The notes below the pieces were generated by a model. It ran no database searches. It was not told where the DNA came from and saw nothing but the letters and a program-made list of their open reading frames with translations. Shown here piece by piece: positions 31,870 through 41,190 of a DNA stretch of 64,000 nucleotides. Numbering within the stretch: position 1 is the stretch's first letter; each line of letters opens with the position of its first letter. The stretch is from a virus (lineage: Duplodnaviria; Caudoviricetes): IMG/VR virus record IMGVR_UViG_2600255062_000003, positions 32,001 through 96,000 of that record. The stretch is one strand, 5' to 3'. Made by a program: the position numbers and the translations under genes.

Positions 31870-32721
31870 AAATAGCGCATCCTCTCAATCAAAATTATAA
31901 ATCTAATCTTCATAAAATCCTTTATTGATTTTCTGTATATTTATTTGCTCTATTGGTGGTAACATTGATATAACATCCAACAACATCTCATACTTATGTA
32001 TTAGTTTAATCCGCTCAATACAATCATTTTCTGAATACACAAATCTATTTGACCCGTATAACTTTTCATAAATACTGTGGTTGGCATCAGCTAAATAAAG
32101 CAAAAACTCATTCACATAAACACCTCACATTTACATAGTTCTGTTATACATGCATTTCATCTCTTCTTTCCGATCAAATACAGGTTTTACTAAATTTCTA
32201 ATACCAACATCAGGTCAATATCCACGTCTATCTTTGGATCATAATTACATAAAGTATCAAATTCTATATGATTATCTTTTAGATGCTCCAAAGCTTTATC
32301 GTGCGATGCCCACATATCGTCATTATTTTTGTCGATAAAAAGGATATCCTTAGGCATAATTAAGCCATATGCTATCCACTTATACATTATCCTCTACCTC
32401 ACCTAGCCGTTCGATAAATTCCTGTACCTTTAATCCATACTCAGTTCTCGATTCTTTGGCTGCTTCAATAACCTGTTTTATGTTTGACGCTTTAGCTTTT
32501 ACCTGTTTAACCATCTCGTCAACCGAAGTTTCGTTTATGTATTTAATCGTCTTAGTTCTGCTCATCAATATACTTCCATTTTATCTTCAACAATTTGTTT
32601 TAAATCGTAAATCTTATCGCGTAACTCCTGAAGCTCTCCATAATCAATATCATCAATTTCTAGGTAACTATATAATTCGGATAATCGTTCAAAGTTAAGC
32701 GGTAGCATTGGTGTACCTCCT

Positions 32722-33246
32722 TTAATCATTTCGCTCGATTTTGATAATTTGATCTATCACATTTACGGCCTTATCTAGTTCATAATTGATAACTTGATAA
32801 TCAAATCGCTTCTTTCTAAATTTAGTACCATCTTGATGAATACGTTTAAGTCGCTTATCTACATCGTCTCCACGTTTAATCATTCTTTTGTATCTCGTCT
32901 GCTTGTCCACTTTTAAGTAGATAGTTACGAATTCAATATCTAGAACACGTTTTTTTAGATCCTTTATTCCATCAGGATCAATAACGTACACATCAGTTTC
33001 TAGCAATTGTTCTTTAGTGCTGAAATAGTGATTATTATCAAAATAACTATGAGCGACAATTCGATTTTCCATGTCAAGTTGTTCAAAGTTCTCCACAGTG
33101 GTAAAAATATGCCCCCATTCGCTCTCATGTCTTGGTTGACGTGTTGTATAGGACTGGAGGATATTATATCCTCGTCCTTCCAATGCTTTAGCAACCTCTG
33201 TTTTACCTGAACCTGAATAACCCATTAGCAAAAATACTTTTTTCAT
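32722..33246 (-). CDS. guanylate kinase-like NMP kinase
   Basis: GYSGSGKT, SYTTRQPR, IDPDG. Confidence 0.88.
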   Translation of the reverse strand: MKKVFLLMGYSGSGKTEVAKALEGRGYNILQSYTTRQPRHESEWGHIFTTVENFEQLDMENRIVAHSYFDNNHYFSTKEQLLETDVYVIDPDGIKDLKKRVLDIEFVTIYLKVDKQTRYKRMIKRGDDVDKRLKRIHQDGTKFRKKRFDYQVINYELDKAVNVIDQIIKIERND

Positions 33247-33725
33247 TTGTTGTTATCTCCCCACTTAATCACTCTTACTTTAATATGTTTCTTTCTACCA
33301 AAATCTCTTGCTTCGTGCTCAGTCCTGACATACACATCAATTTTGTGACCTTTAATTGCTCCACCTTTATCCTGCACTACCCTTCTACCTACACCATCTA
33401 TATAAACCACTGTCCCTTTAGGCAATACCTTCCAGTCAGCAGCTATTGTTACGCCAGCCTTTGTCATCTTCCCTGAAGCAGTTCTGCCATAGTCTTTGCT
33501 ATGTACACTTCTACCCTGATTATTAGTGTAAGCTGTTAACTCAAAGCGATCCCATTTATATGTATATTTCTTGTTTTTAACTTGTTCAATCTTATCCAAC
33601 TTGGCGACCTTTGTTTCTTGCTTGATAATAGTCGTGTTTTTCATTTCTCGTGCTTGGCTAACACTCTGTAGTTCAGTATTAAATACCGATAGTGTTAGAA
33701 GCAGAGAGAGGATTAGCTCACCCAA
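33243..33725 (-). CDS. secreted 3D-domain (cell-wall lytic/binding) protein
   Basis: Signal peptide; TAY, TASG, IAAD, DKGGAIKG.KIDVY. Confidence 0.9.
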   Translation of the reverse strand: MGELILSLLLTLSVFNTELQSVSQAREMKNTTIIKQETKVAKLDKIEQVKNKKYTYKWDRFELTAYTNNQGRSVHSKDYGRTASGKMTKAGVTIAADWKVLPKGTVVYIDGVGRRVVQDKGGAIKGHKIDVYVRTEHEARDFGRKKHIKVRVIKWGDNNK

Positions 33726-34274
33726 CGTATCACGCTCCCGTTTTATTATGAAGCCCCACTTGTTATAGTGAGGCTATTGTAGGCTCTGGTTGTTCAGTCT
33801 TAAAATGCTTCTTATCTAATAGCATTTTCGTTTTAACTGTATGTAGTTTTTCAAATGAAATCAAATTCTCTCTATATTCTCTCATGTTCTTTGCAGTAAT
33901 ATTTTTGCTCAACACTTTATCTAATGCAAGAATTTCAAAATCCAATTGTGGTGCAAAGTCATCGATAAACAGCAAATGATTATGAGAATCCTTATTAAGA
34001 TTCAAAGCATCATTTTTATAAATACTATACAGTTGTGAAAATGAGTCTGAGGTTGATTTGTAATCCTTAACTGCTCCTTTTGTTCTAAATTCACCAAGAA
34101 GAAATAATAATCTCCGCAAATCTGTCTGAAATCTATTTTCTGTTCTTTTATTCATATATCCTCCTATTGATCGGTCATTACCCTTAAATTTTCTATATGC
34201 GGTGTTTATACATAATGATGAACACCACATATAGATGTTGTATTATGATAAAATCTGTCTTTTACTTTGTTATA

Positions 34275-35273
34275 CTATTCAGTCTGTGACTCTTTAAATT
34301 CTCGCACAGCGTCATTCAATTCATCTAATACACCAACCATCATCTCAACATGGTTCTTTGTAAAGTCGGTAACCTTTTTGCCTTTTCCAAGTCCATTTTC
34401 AATGATCTCTGTAACTGCATCGCCTTTTCCATTTTCATGTAGGAATCTGCCAGCAGCAATGATATTTTCCTTTAGATCTTCAAAATCTAAAGCTTGAGAC
34501 TTAAGTGTCTCTTTCTGCTCCTTATAAGTTACAGCTTTAATTCCTTCAGCTTTTTCTTGAAGTTCAATTGCTTTTACAATTGCTTCTTCTAAGGCTTCAG
34601 CAGTGAATTCTTTGATTCCAGTTTGAATATAATCAAATCGACTACGAGCAAAAAAGTCATTCGTTTCAGCTAAGAATGCCGATGATTTAATCACTTGATT
34701 TTTCTCGTCAGTTCCATTGGAACGCAAGTGAACTACGATATCACTATTGTCAATGATTGGAGCCAATGCGCGCTTGTCACCTTTAGGCCATACTTTACCT
34801 TGTTTATCCTCTGTTTGGTGAGCAATAAACACTACAGTAAATCCTGCGCCAATCAATTTGTCAATCTCTTCCCAATAAGCTGTTTCATACTCTTTCCACA
34901 AGCCAAAACCATCTCGACCAGAAGCAATTGTGTCGGAATCGTATTTGTCGCAGATATATTTTGAGCAATATCTTGCAGATGCTTCTACTTCATCAAAAAT
35001 GATGGTCTGATAAACTTCCTTAGCTTTCTCGACAGTAGACTTGTGGGTTAGTTGTCTGTTAACTTTTTTAAAATCAGCCCAATTGTTAATTGCAGCAAAT
35101 GGTACTCCAGCAATCGCTCCCAAGCCTTTCTCAAATCCAAGATAATATGGTTTTTTAAAGCGTGTAGCTTGTTTCGTTTTGCCTAAGTTATTGCTTCCGT
35201 AAATAGTTATGATTTTTCCTTCGAGTCCTTTTGCTACTACTGATACCTGTGGCTTAAAAATATCTAATGACAT
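34275..35273 (-). CDS. AAA ATPase (YorG/Sak4-like recombination protein)
   Basis: GSNNLGKT, IIFDE, FIAH. Confidence 0.85.
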   Translation of the reverse strand: MSLDIFKPQVSVVAKGLEGKIITIYGSNNLGKTKQATRFKKPYYLGFEKGLGAIAGVPFAAINNWADFKKVNRQLTHKSTVEKAKEVYQTIIFDEVEASARYCSKYICDKYDSDTIASGRDGFGLWKEYETAYWEEIDKLIGAGFTVVFIAHQTEDKQGKVWPKGDKRALAPIIDNSDIVVHLRSNGTDEKNQVIKSSAFLAETNDFFARSRFDYIQTGIKEFTAEALEEAIVKAIELQEKAEGIKAVTYKEQKETLKSQALDFEDLKENIIAAGRFLHENGKGDAVTEIIENGLGKGKKVTDFTKNHVEMMVGVLDELNDAVREFKESQTE

Positions 35274-35389
35274 ATGTATAAAATCTCTCCCTAATTTATA
35301 TTATTATAGATTAGGCGACCAGCGAACCAGTCGCCAGTATTTCTACTTAAGTATATTTTTCATTATTTCTAACTGATTGTTTACTATGA

Positions 35390-36391
35390 TTAAAACGGCA
35401 GGTCATCATCAGAAATGTCAATGGGTTTTCCATTATCAGAGAATGGGTCTTTATTGAATTTATCATTTGCGAATGGGTCGGGATTACCGAATCCATTATT
35501 ATTAGATTTGGATTGTTCATTTACTTTATTCTTTTTTTCTTCTTTTTTCTTTTCAATGGCAGCATCACGCTTTTTGAGAGCTTCTCGAATAAGTTTTACA
35601 TCAAACGCATTTTTATCGTCTTCATCAAGAGGGGGAGTTCCTCCATCAACAATGTATTCTCGCACGTCTTTTCGGTCAATATCTTCTTGTGGTACGCCAA
35701 ATCCAACTTCAATCTGTTTTTTTGTAACGATTGTTTGATTTACAATCTCACCAAATACTTTAACTGTTTGCCCTTTTTCATATGTATTTTGAACATAACT
35801 GACCGATGTAGGATTGGCGACAGTTACTTCAAGAGGAAAAATCTTTTTAATATCATTCTCCTGATCTTGATATCCCACAACATAACCTTTCAGGATCAAT
35901 CTACCCGTTTCTTCTCCGTTTCGTTGTTCTTCTCTTAATCCTGCAACTGCCATTTCTAGAGTAAATCGAGCCTGTGGTTCAAAAACATCATTAGATTTTA
36001 GTCGATTAACAAATTTCGCAGACAGTTTCGGATATGACTTCCACTCTCCATCTTGCCCTACATACTCATTTCTTTCAATTTTCCCGTTCTCGTTGTTCCC
36101 GCTAGTTTCAATACGTACCTTTTCTGCATTTTCAAGACCATGAGTATTAATAGTTTTATATTCATCGCGAATTGTGAGATAACCTTTGTATAGTCCACTA
36201 ATTTCATTTTTCTTTGTCATTTTATACGAGAAAATGTTTACTGTGTGAACAGAGTCGTTTACTTGAATATCAATTTCTCCTGAAATTGCATCTTTTCCGT
36301 TAATTTTATTTTCTTCAAAACGAATATCCTTTACAAGTCCCTCGATGTGAATATTGTTAATACCTTGCTGAAGCGTTTTTTCGTTTGCCAT
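35390..36391 (-). CDS. single-stranded DNA-binding protein (YorF-like)
   Basis: Acidic DDDLPF C-tail; next to AAA ATPase. Confidence 0.8.
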   Translation of the reverse strand: MANEKTLQQGINNIHIEGLVKDIRFEENKINGKDAISGEIDIQVNDSVHTVNIFSYKMTKKNEISGLYKGYLTIRDEYKTINTHGLENAEKVRIETSGNNENGKIERNEYVGQDGEWKSYPKLSAKFVNRLKSNDVFEPQARFTLEMAVAGLREEQRNGEETGRLILKGYVVGYQDQENDIKKIFPLEVTVANPTSVSYVQNTYEKGQTVKVFGEIVNQTIVTKKQIEVGFGVPQEDIDRKDVREYIVDGGTPPLDEDDKNAFDVKLIREALKKRDAAIEKKKEEKKNKVNEQSKSNNNGFGNPDPFANDKFNKDPFSDNGKPIDISDDDLPF

Positions 36392-36509
36392 TAATAAATC
36401 TCTCCTATTTTATGTATTATTGTTTTTATTTGATATATCTACAAATATGCAACAATAATCTAAATAGGTGGACTTCGCATAGACGCAATATCTATGTTCT
36501 CACATCCTC

Positions 36510-37415
36510 TCAAAATCCCCATTCATTAGTGTTTGTTTCCTCCTCAAATGGTGATCCAATTGCATTAATCGAATCAAGCTTATCTATATCGTATCTATTC
36601 GAAGCTATGGATCTTACATTTCCTCCAGTTATCTCTAGTCCTTTTACTGCCGATCCACTTATAATGGTATGTCCATCTATAATTTTTAGTGGAACATAAT
36701 TGAGTATGTTGCCATGAACTCTAAGAGTGCTACCTTTTGAAATATTGTTCTTAAAATAATCATATACTTCTTTGTTATATATATAAAAGTTGAATGGGAC
36801 AACATCGCAATCGTTAGAGTTTCTATTTATTACTCTTGTGTCGACTGTATACTCCCCATTTTCATTTAATGGGATAGCATCGACATAAACAATTTCATGA
36901 CTAAAGAAAGCTTCTGGATGTTTATTTTTGAAATTATAGTTTTCTAAAACATATATTTCTCTAATCACATATTGCTCTTGTGAGTTTCCTTTATACTCGT
37001 TCAATTGCAATGAACCCTTTACAAGCACATTCGAGCCATCTTTAAGATGCTGTTCAAAGTATTCTATAGCGTCCCATGCAATAAGTGAGAAGTCATCATT
37101 GATATTTCCACAACCAAGATTTACTTTAACTTGATTTGCATAACGATAATTACTGTATTTGCTGTTATATAAATCATCCCATTCAACTGTTAAAGATTCA
37201 TCTGCATTTGTTCCACGTTTAAACAATTTTACATTACTCGTTTTCGATCCAAACAACTCAACATATACAATTGAACTTTCAGACACTTTGATTCCAAATT
37301 GCACTCTTTTCCATTTGCCACTTTCTGTTTGACCTTCTGTATATGCTCTTTTATCGGCTAATCCAACAACAGTTCCTCGAAGAACAAAATTTCCGTATGT
37401 AGGAGATAAATTCAT
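36510..37415 (-). CDS. SSB-like OB-fold paralog
   Basis: F.L.G.V...G..V.V.G pattern twice; acidic aromatic C-tail. Confidence 0.55.
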   Translation of the reverse strand: MNLSPTYGNFVLRGTVVGLADKRAYTEGQTESGKWKRVQFGIKVSESSIVYVELFGSKTSNVKLFKRGTNADESLTVEWDDLYNSKYSNYRYANQVKVNLGCGNINDDFSLIAWDAIEYFEQHLKDGSNVLVKGSLQLNEYKGNSQEQYVIREIYVLENYNFKNKHPEAFFSHEIVYVDAIPLNENGEYTVDTRVINRNSNDCDVVPFNFYIYNKEVYDYFKNNISKGSTLRVHGNILNYVPLKIIDGHTIISGSAVKGLEITGGNVRSIASNRYDIDKLDSINAIGSPFEEETNTNEWGF

Positions 37416-37532
37416 CTTTCTCTTCCACCCTATTTATTCAAAGTTGCTACAATATAATATCTAATCAACTTCAGCACATCCTCTCTTATTTTATTTACAT
37501 TTATATAATCACACATTACTGTGTGTTATTTT

Positions 37533-37609
37533 TGGTGGGTCTTAAGGGACTCGAACCCCCGACCAATCGGTTATGAGCCGACCGCTCTAACCAACTGAGC
37601 TAAAGACCC
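37533..37609 (-). tRNA. tRNA-CAU, most likely Ile2 (lysidine), CCA encoded
   Basis: GGGTCTTTAGCTCAGTTGGTTAGAGCGGTCGGCTCATAACCGATTGGTCGGGGGTTCGAGTCCCTTAAGACCCACCA; resembles Bacillus tRNA-Ile2. Confidence 0.9.
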
Positions 37610-37673
37610 TTATGTATTGCCTTTTGGTAACTGTCTATCTTGATAAAAGTATTCTTTTACTTACCACTTTCTA

Positions 37674-37702
37674 AATATATCATCTTTAATTGTTATTGTC
37701 AA
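37674..37702 (-). promoter_or_regulatory. sigma-A promoter upstream of tRNA
   Basis: TTGACA-17 bp-TATATT with extended TG. Confidence 0.75.
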
Positions 37703-37773
37703 TATATGATTATATTTGTTTTTATATTAATCATTATGTAAGTTAGCCGAACCTATATGCTCGGCAAAGCTAT

Positions 37774-38154
37774 CTAAGAGTAGTAAGCCAATTCTAATAA
37801 GGTTGTATATCTTCCTTGTTCAGAGTAAACATCATAAATTCTTTCAGGGTTATCCGTTCGGAATTTACTCAGTTTAAAGTCCATAACCTCTTCCTGACAT
37901 AATCTTTCAAGCGCTTCACGACTATTTAATCTATAGTCATTTATAAATTCGCTTTTATTTTTATAACCTCGCGTATCGATATTGTATTTCCATTTATTCG
38001 TTAAGTATATATTTTCATACCCCGGGTTGTTGCAACAATGCACGAACATATCTTGTCTTTCATCATCTGTACGTAAAAGGAATTGTATCCCATAAATGAT
38101 GTAATCCGCAGTGCTGGGAATCTCAAGCTTACTTATTAATTCGTGATACTCCAT
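37774..38154 (-). CDS. hypothetical protein
   Basis: RBS GAGGAG. Confidence 0.7.
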   Translation of the reverse strand: MEYHELISKLEIPSTADYIIYGIQFLLRTDDERQDMFVHCCNNPGYENIYLTNKWKYNIDTRGYKNKSEFINDYRLNSREALERLCQEEVMDFKLSKFRTDNPERIYDVYSEQGRYTTLLELAYYS

Positions 38155-38311
38155 ACGCTTCTATCTCCTCTGTAGTTGTCAAATTCATACTATACTTTAA
38201 TTATACGTTATTGTTATAATTAGGCAACATAAATAAGTAGTCTACAAATCTTTGTTGACACTATAAATTTGTGGAAATAAAAACATTTAATGTGTCATAT
38301 TTTGTCGAATA

Positions 38312-38323
38312 GAACATTTGTTC
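38312..38323. promoter_or_regulatory. LexA/DinR (SOS) box
   Basis: GAAC-ATTT-GTTC. Confidence 0.65.
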
Positions 38324-38369
38324 TTATCTTTAATAAATTGTATCATTACCAAAAGGCAATATCAAGTCA

Positions 38370-38750
38370 TTATTTTCTCTTTCTTCTTTTATTAAATAAT
38401 TCTCGTACCAAGTCTATATGTACGGCAGCTATGTCCAAACATATCTTCCTCATTTTATCCAGATATACTTTATGCTTTATCTCATCTATTTCTTCAATAG
38501 CGTCTAGGTTGACTACAGATCCTCGGTCAACCCTAGTGAAATTTTCCAATTGACACAACAATTCTACGGTTTGTTCTATCCTTACTTCATCTATGTATTC
38601 ACCGTGTGCTGTTTTATAAACCACTTTCGATTTACCATTCTTTGTTTCTGTGTCGAATCCTTTTATATCTTTTACAGGCAGCATCGTAGCTTTATTGCTA
38701 AGCTTTTTACCTTCTCTTTTCACTACTTTCAATCTGTCGTCTGGATTCAT
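38370..38750 (-). CDS. stand-alone LytTR DNA-binding protein
   Basis: FTRVDRGSVVNLDAI LytTR signature; no receiver domain. Confidence 0.85.
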   Translation of the reverse strand: MNPDDRLKVVKREGKKLSNKATMLPVKDIKGFDTETKNGKSKVVYKTAHGEYIDEVRIEQTVELLCQLENFTRVDRGSVVNLDAIEEIDEIKHKVYLDKMRKICLDIAAVHIDLVRELFNKRRKRK

Positions 38751-38772
38751 GTATTCACCTCATAATCACTTT

Positions 38773-38812
38773 CTTTATCTTACTACCACCGTTCAAAGGT
38801 AGTAAGATAAAG
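38773..38812 (-). other. perfect 15-bp stem-loop between agrD and lytTR
   Basis: CTTTATCTTACTACC-10nt-GGTAGTAAGATAAAG. Confidence 0.8.
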
Positions 38813-38822
38813 TTATATAGTT

Positions 38823-38939
38823 TTATTTTAATTCACTTGGTACTTCTTCGCTATGAATAAGTGTCCAACTTGCAGTACTGACAACAGTAACAGCAAGCAA
38901 TGACAAAATAGAACCTGTTAGCATCATAATTTTCTTCAT
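38823..38939 (-). CDS. agrD: AgrD-like cyclic lactone autoinducer precursor, 38 aa (MKKIMMLTGSILSLLAVTVVSTASWTLIHSEEVPSELK)
   Basis: Translated by hand; RBS GGAGGTG; amphipathic leader + ASWTLIH core + EEVP tail; right after agrB. Confidence 0.88.
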   Translation of the reverse strand: MKKIMMLTGSILSLLAVTVVSTASWTLIHSEEVPSELK

Positions 38940-38941
38940 TT

Positions 38942-39466
38942 CTATTCACCTCCCTTCAGGCGAATAAGCAGCAAACATTGCACTAAAACTGCGAAATTTG
39001 AGATAGGGTTATCAAAAGCATATATTATTGCAACTAAAGATAAAGAAATAATTTTGAACCAAATAAAGTTTTTTTCTTTTACTCGTGTTTGTTTTTCAAT
39101 ATTGCTTGGAGCATAAATTAGTACTAATGCTAAACTTACTAAAAACATGAGAAAAGTATGGTCATTTAGATATATAGCTATTTTCGAAATAACAATAATA
39201 GTCAATGAAGAAAATACAATGCAAGCTTCGGCTGATCTAAAATGAAAACCACCTGAAAACATTCTCAATGATGAGAAACTTATTAGAGTAATCATAACTT
39301 CATAAGTATTATTCAAAAACAAAGAAGCAAACAACACTATGATAATAGGTAATAAGTTTGAAATAACAAACTTCATAGAATATCTTACAATTTGAGTTGA
39401 TGGCAATTCCTCTGGATATTTATTTTTCAAGTAATTGCTTATATCATCCGCTAGCTTGTCAATCAA
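38942..39466 (-). CDS. agrB: AgrB-like AIP-processing membrane peptidase
   Basis: LRMFSGGFHFRSAEAC catalytic His/Cys motif, YAP; TTG start after GGAGGTG. Confidence 0.92.
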   Translation of the reverse strand: MIDKLADDISNYLKNKYPEELPSTQIVRYSMKFVISNLLPIIIVLFASLFLNNTYEVMITLISFSSLRMFSGGFHFRSAEACIVFSSLTIIVISKIAIYLNDHTFLMFLVSLALVLIYAPSNIEKQTRVKEKNFIWFKIISLSLVAIIYAFDNPISNFAVLVQCLLLIRLKGGE

Positions 39467-40100
39467 ATTCACACCTCCTTTGCTTCCTATATTCAATTAT
39501 CAACAAAGTGCTAAAACAAATCAGCCAAAATAACATACTCCATAATATATTACTAAATATTGACACGCTCATTACCGATATACCAAATATAGAAGCAATG
39601 AATAACAAAGCATTAGATACGCTTAATTTAAACTTTATTGTGTATTGATAAGGCAGCGTTGTAAACCAGAGTGCTCGTCTTCTTAGATACAAACTTATTA
39701 AAATTATTAGAATATCCCCGATTAGTTGTACCACCGAACCATATGTATTTGCCAAAAAATCAAATGGTTTTTTCATAATAATCATCAGTATAACAGCAAC
39801 CAGTCCTTGTACTATAAATTGGAATAAGAAAGCTATACCAGAAATTCTTAATGATGAAAGCAGAGAAATTCTAAATATTACTATAAGAAATACTGTCATC
39901 ATTATTATATTTACTATAGGAGCAATGTTAGATGGCAATTCATAATTTTTGTATAAATATGTGCCTACCGATATACATAGACTAGCAACTATAAATTGAA
40001 TCCAATACTCTTTCAATTTCACCTGATACATCCCAAACCCAAATATAAAAATTGCGATACCATCTAACATTGAAAACATTATGTATTTTACCGTTTCCAC
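39459..40100 (-). CDS. multi-pass membrane protein resembling an AgrC sensor domain without kinase
   Basis: ~6-7 hydrophobic segments; first gene of agrBD operon; no HisKA/HATPase. Confidence 0.7.
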   Translation of the reverse strand: METVKYIMFSMLDGIAIFIFGFGMYQVKLKEYWIQFIVASLCISVGTYLYKNYELPSNIAPIVNIIMMTVFLIVIFRISLLSSLRISGIAFLFQFIVQGLVAVILMIIMKKPFDFLANTYGSVVQLIGDILIILISLYLRRRALWFTTLPYQYTIKFKLSVSNALLFIASIFGISVMSVSIFSNILWSMLFWLICFSTLLIIEYRKQRRCEFD

Positions 40101-40147
40101 TAACTTATCCCCCGTTATATAAACAAATATAATCGCTTTATGTATTT

Positions 40148-40176
40148 AATATAACACCTACATATGATGCTGTCAA
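40148..40176 (-). promoter_or_regulatory. sigma-A promoter of the agr-like operon
   Basis: TTGACA-17-TATATT; 17-bp repeat at 40118-40134 just downstream. Confidence 0.75.
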
Positions 40177-40212
40177 TACATTTTTCCATAAAAAAAGTAG
40201 AATAAGATATAC

Positions 40213-41187
40213 TTATTCTACTCTAGGATATACGCGTTTTATTGTTTCAATATTAAGAAAGTCTCGTGTGTATGTTGTGCTAAAATAAATTTCTCCATCC
40301 TTGCTAGTAGTATTGTAATGCTTACATATAGCATTTATATCGCTACTGTCCAATTTTCCTTTTTTCACGTAAATATCTTTCGCCTTTTTTAACATCCCTG
40401 AATTTCTTAAATCATATGGCGACAACTTCGGTAAATTTAATTTTACAGCAAATTTAGTTACAACTTGAGATATTAATGTTGATTTTACTTGTTCTTGTTT
40501 ACTGCTTTTTATAATGTAATCACTCTCTTTTAATTTGGCCTCATCTCTTTTGGAGCTACCTTCGCCAAGATTAGATTTGTAGGTAGTAGCCTCATTGGCT
40601 CTCTCTAGTGCCACAACAAGAAAAGGACTAATCTCAATAGACCTTTCTTCAATATCTCCATATGATCCGATATTTTTTAAATGAGCTATTTTATTTTCTT
40701 TATCTATATCTGTTATTTTAAGATTTATCAACTCAGAATACTTACGTCCTATTATCCCCTCAAAGACACCTTGTATTATCGCAACATCTCTATCGCTTGC
40801 AATCTGACTTAAAGCAAGTTTCAAAGCATCCTCGCTTATGAGAGTTTGCTGCGGTACAAATTTTTCAAAATACTTTGATCCTCCTATACTTGCTAAAGGA
40901 TTGAGTTTATCTTTTCTTAGTCCATGTGAACAAGCCCAATCGATATAAGATCTCAGTATTGATCCATAGTTGATTGCACTATTAAGTTTAGTGGGAGAAA
41001 GATAATAAATAACTTCTTCAATCTCCGCTAGTGAGAAATCATAAAGATCTTTACCTAATCTTTTCTCTATCTTACATGCGCGTTTTAACTTCAACTCATA
41101 GTTTTTTTTGGTTGTTGATCTTAGTTCACTCAGAAATCTTTCCTTTATATCTTTGTTATATAGCTCATCTTGATAAATATTATTCAA
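40213..41187 (-). CDS. tyrosine-recombinase-fold protein, SPbeta YopR/MrpR-like lytic-cycle repressor
   Basis: YNKDIKERFL...EK.LGKDLYDFS N-terminus; degenerate GRKYSEL and YDLRNSG; follows YopQ-like gene. Confidence 0.78.
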   Translation of the reverse strand: MNNIYQDELYNKDIKERFLSELRSTTKKNYELKLKRACKIEKRLGKDLYDFSLAEIEEVIYYLSPTKLNSAINYGSILRSYIDWACSHGLRKDKLNPLASIGGSKYFEKFVPQQTLISEDALKLALSQIASDRDVAIIQGVFEGIIGRKYSELINLKITDIDKENKIAHLKNIGSYGDIEERSIEISPFLVVALERANEATTYKSNLGEGSSKRDEAKLKESDYIIKSSKQEQVKSTLISQVVTKFAVKLNLPKLSPYDLRNSGMLKKAKDIYVKKGKLDSSDINAICKHYNTTSKDGEIYFSTTYTRDFLNIETIKRVYPRVE

Positions 41188-41190
41188 CTT

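Noticed and set aside
37533-37609. tRNA-Met assignment
   Set aside because: Lacks initiator features (C1:A72 mismatch, three G-C anticodon-stem pairs); overall sequence is closer to Bacillus Ile2.
40213-41187. Active prophage integrase or the cassette recombinase
   Set aside because: Catalytic motifs are degenerate and the context matches the MrpR repressor. Activity is not excluded but is unsupported.
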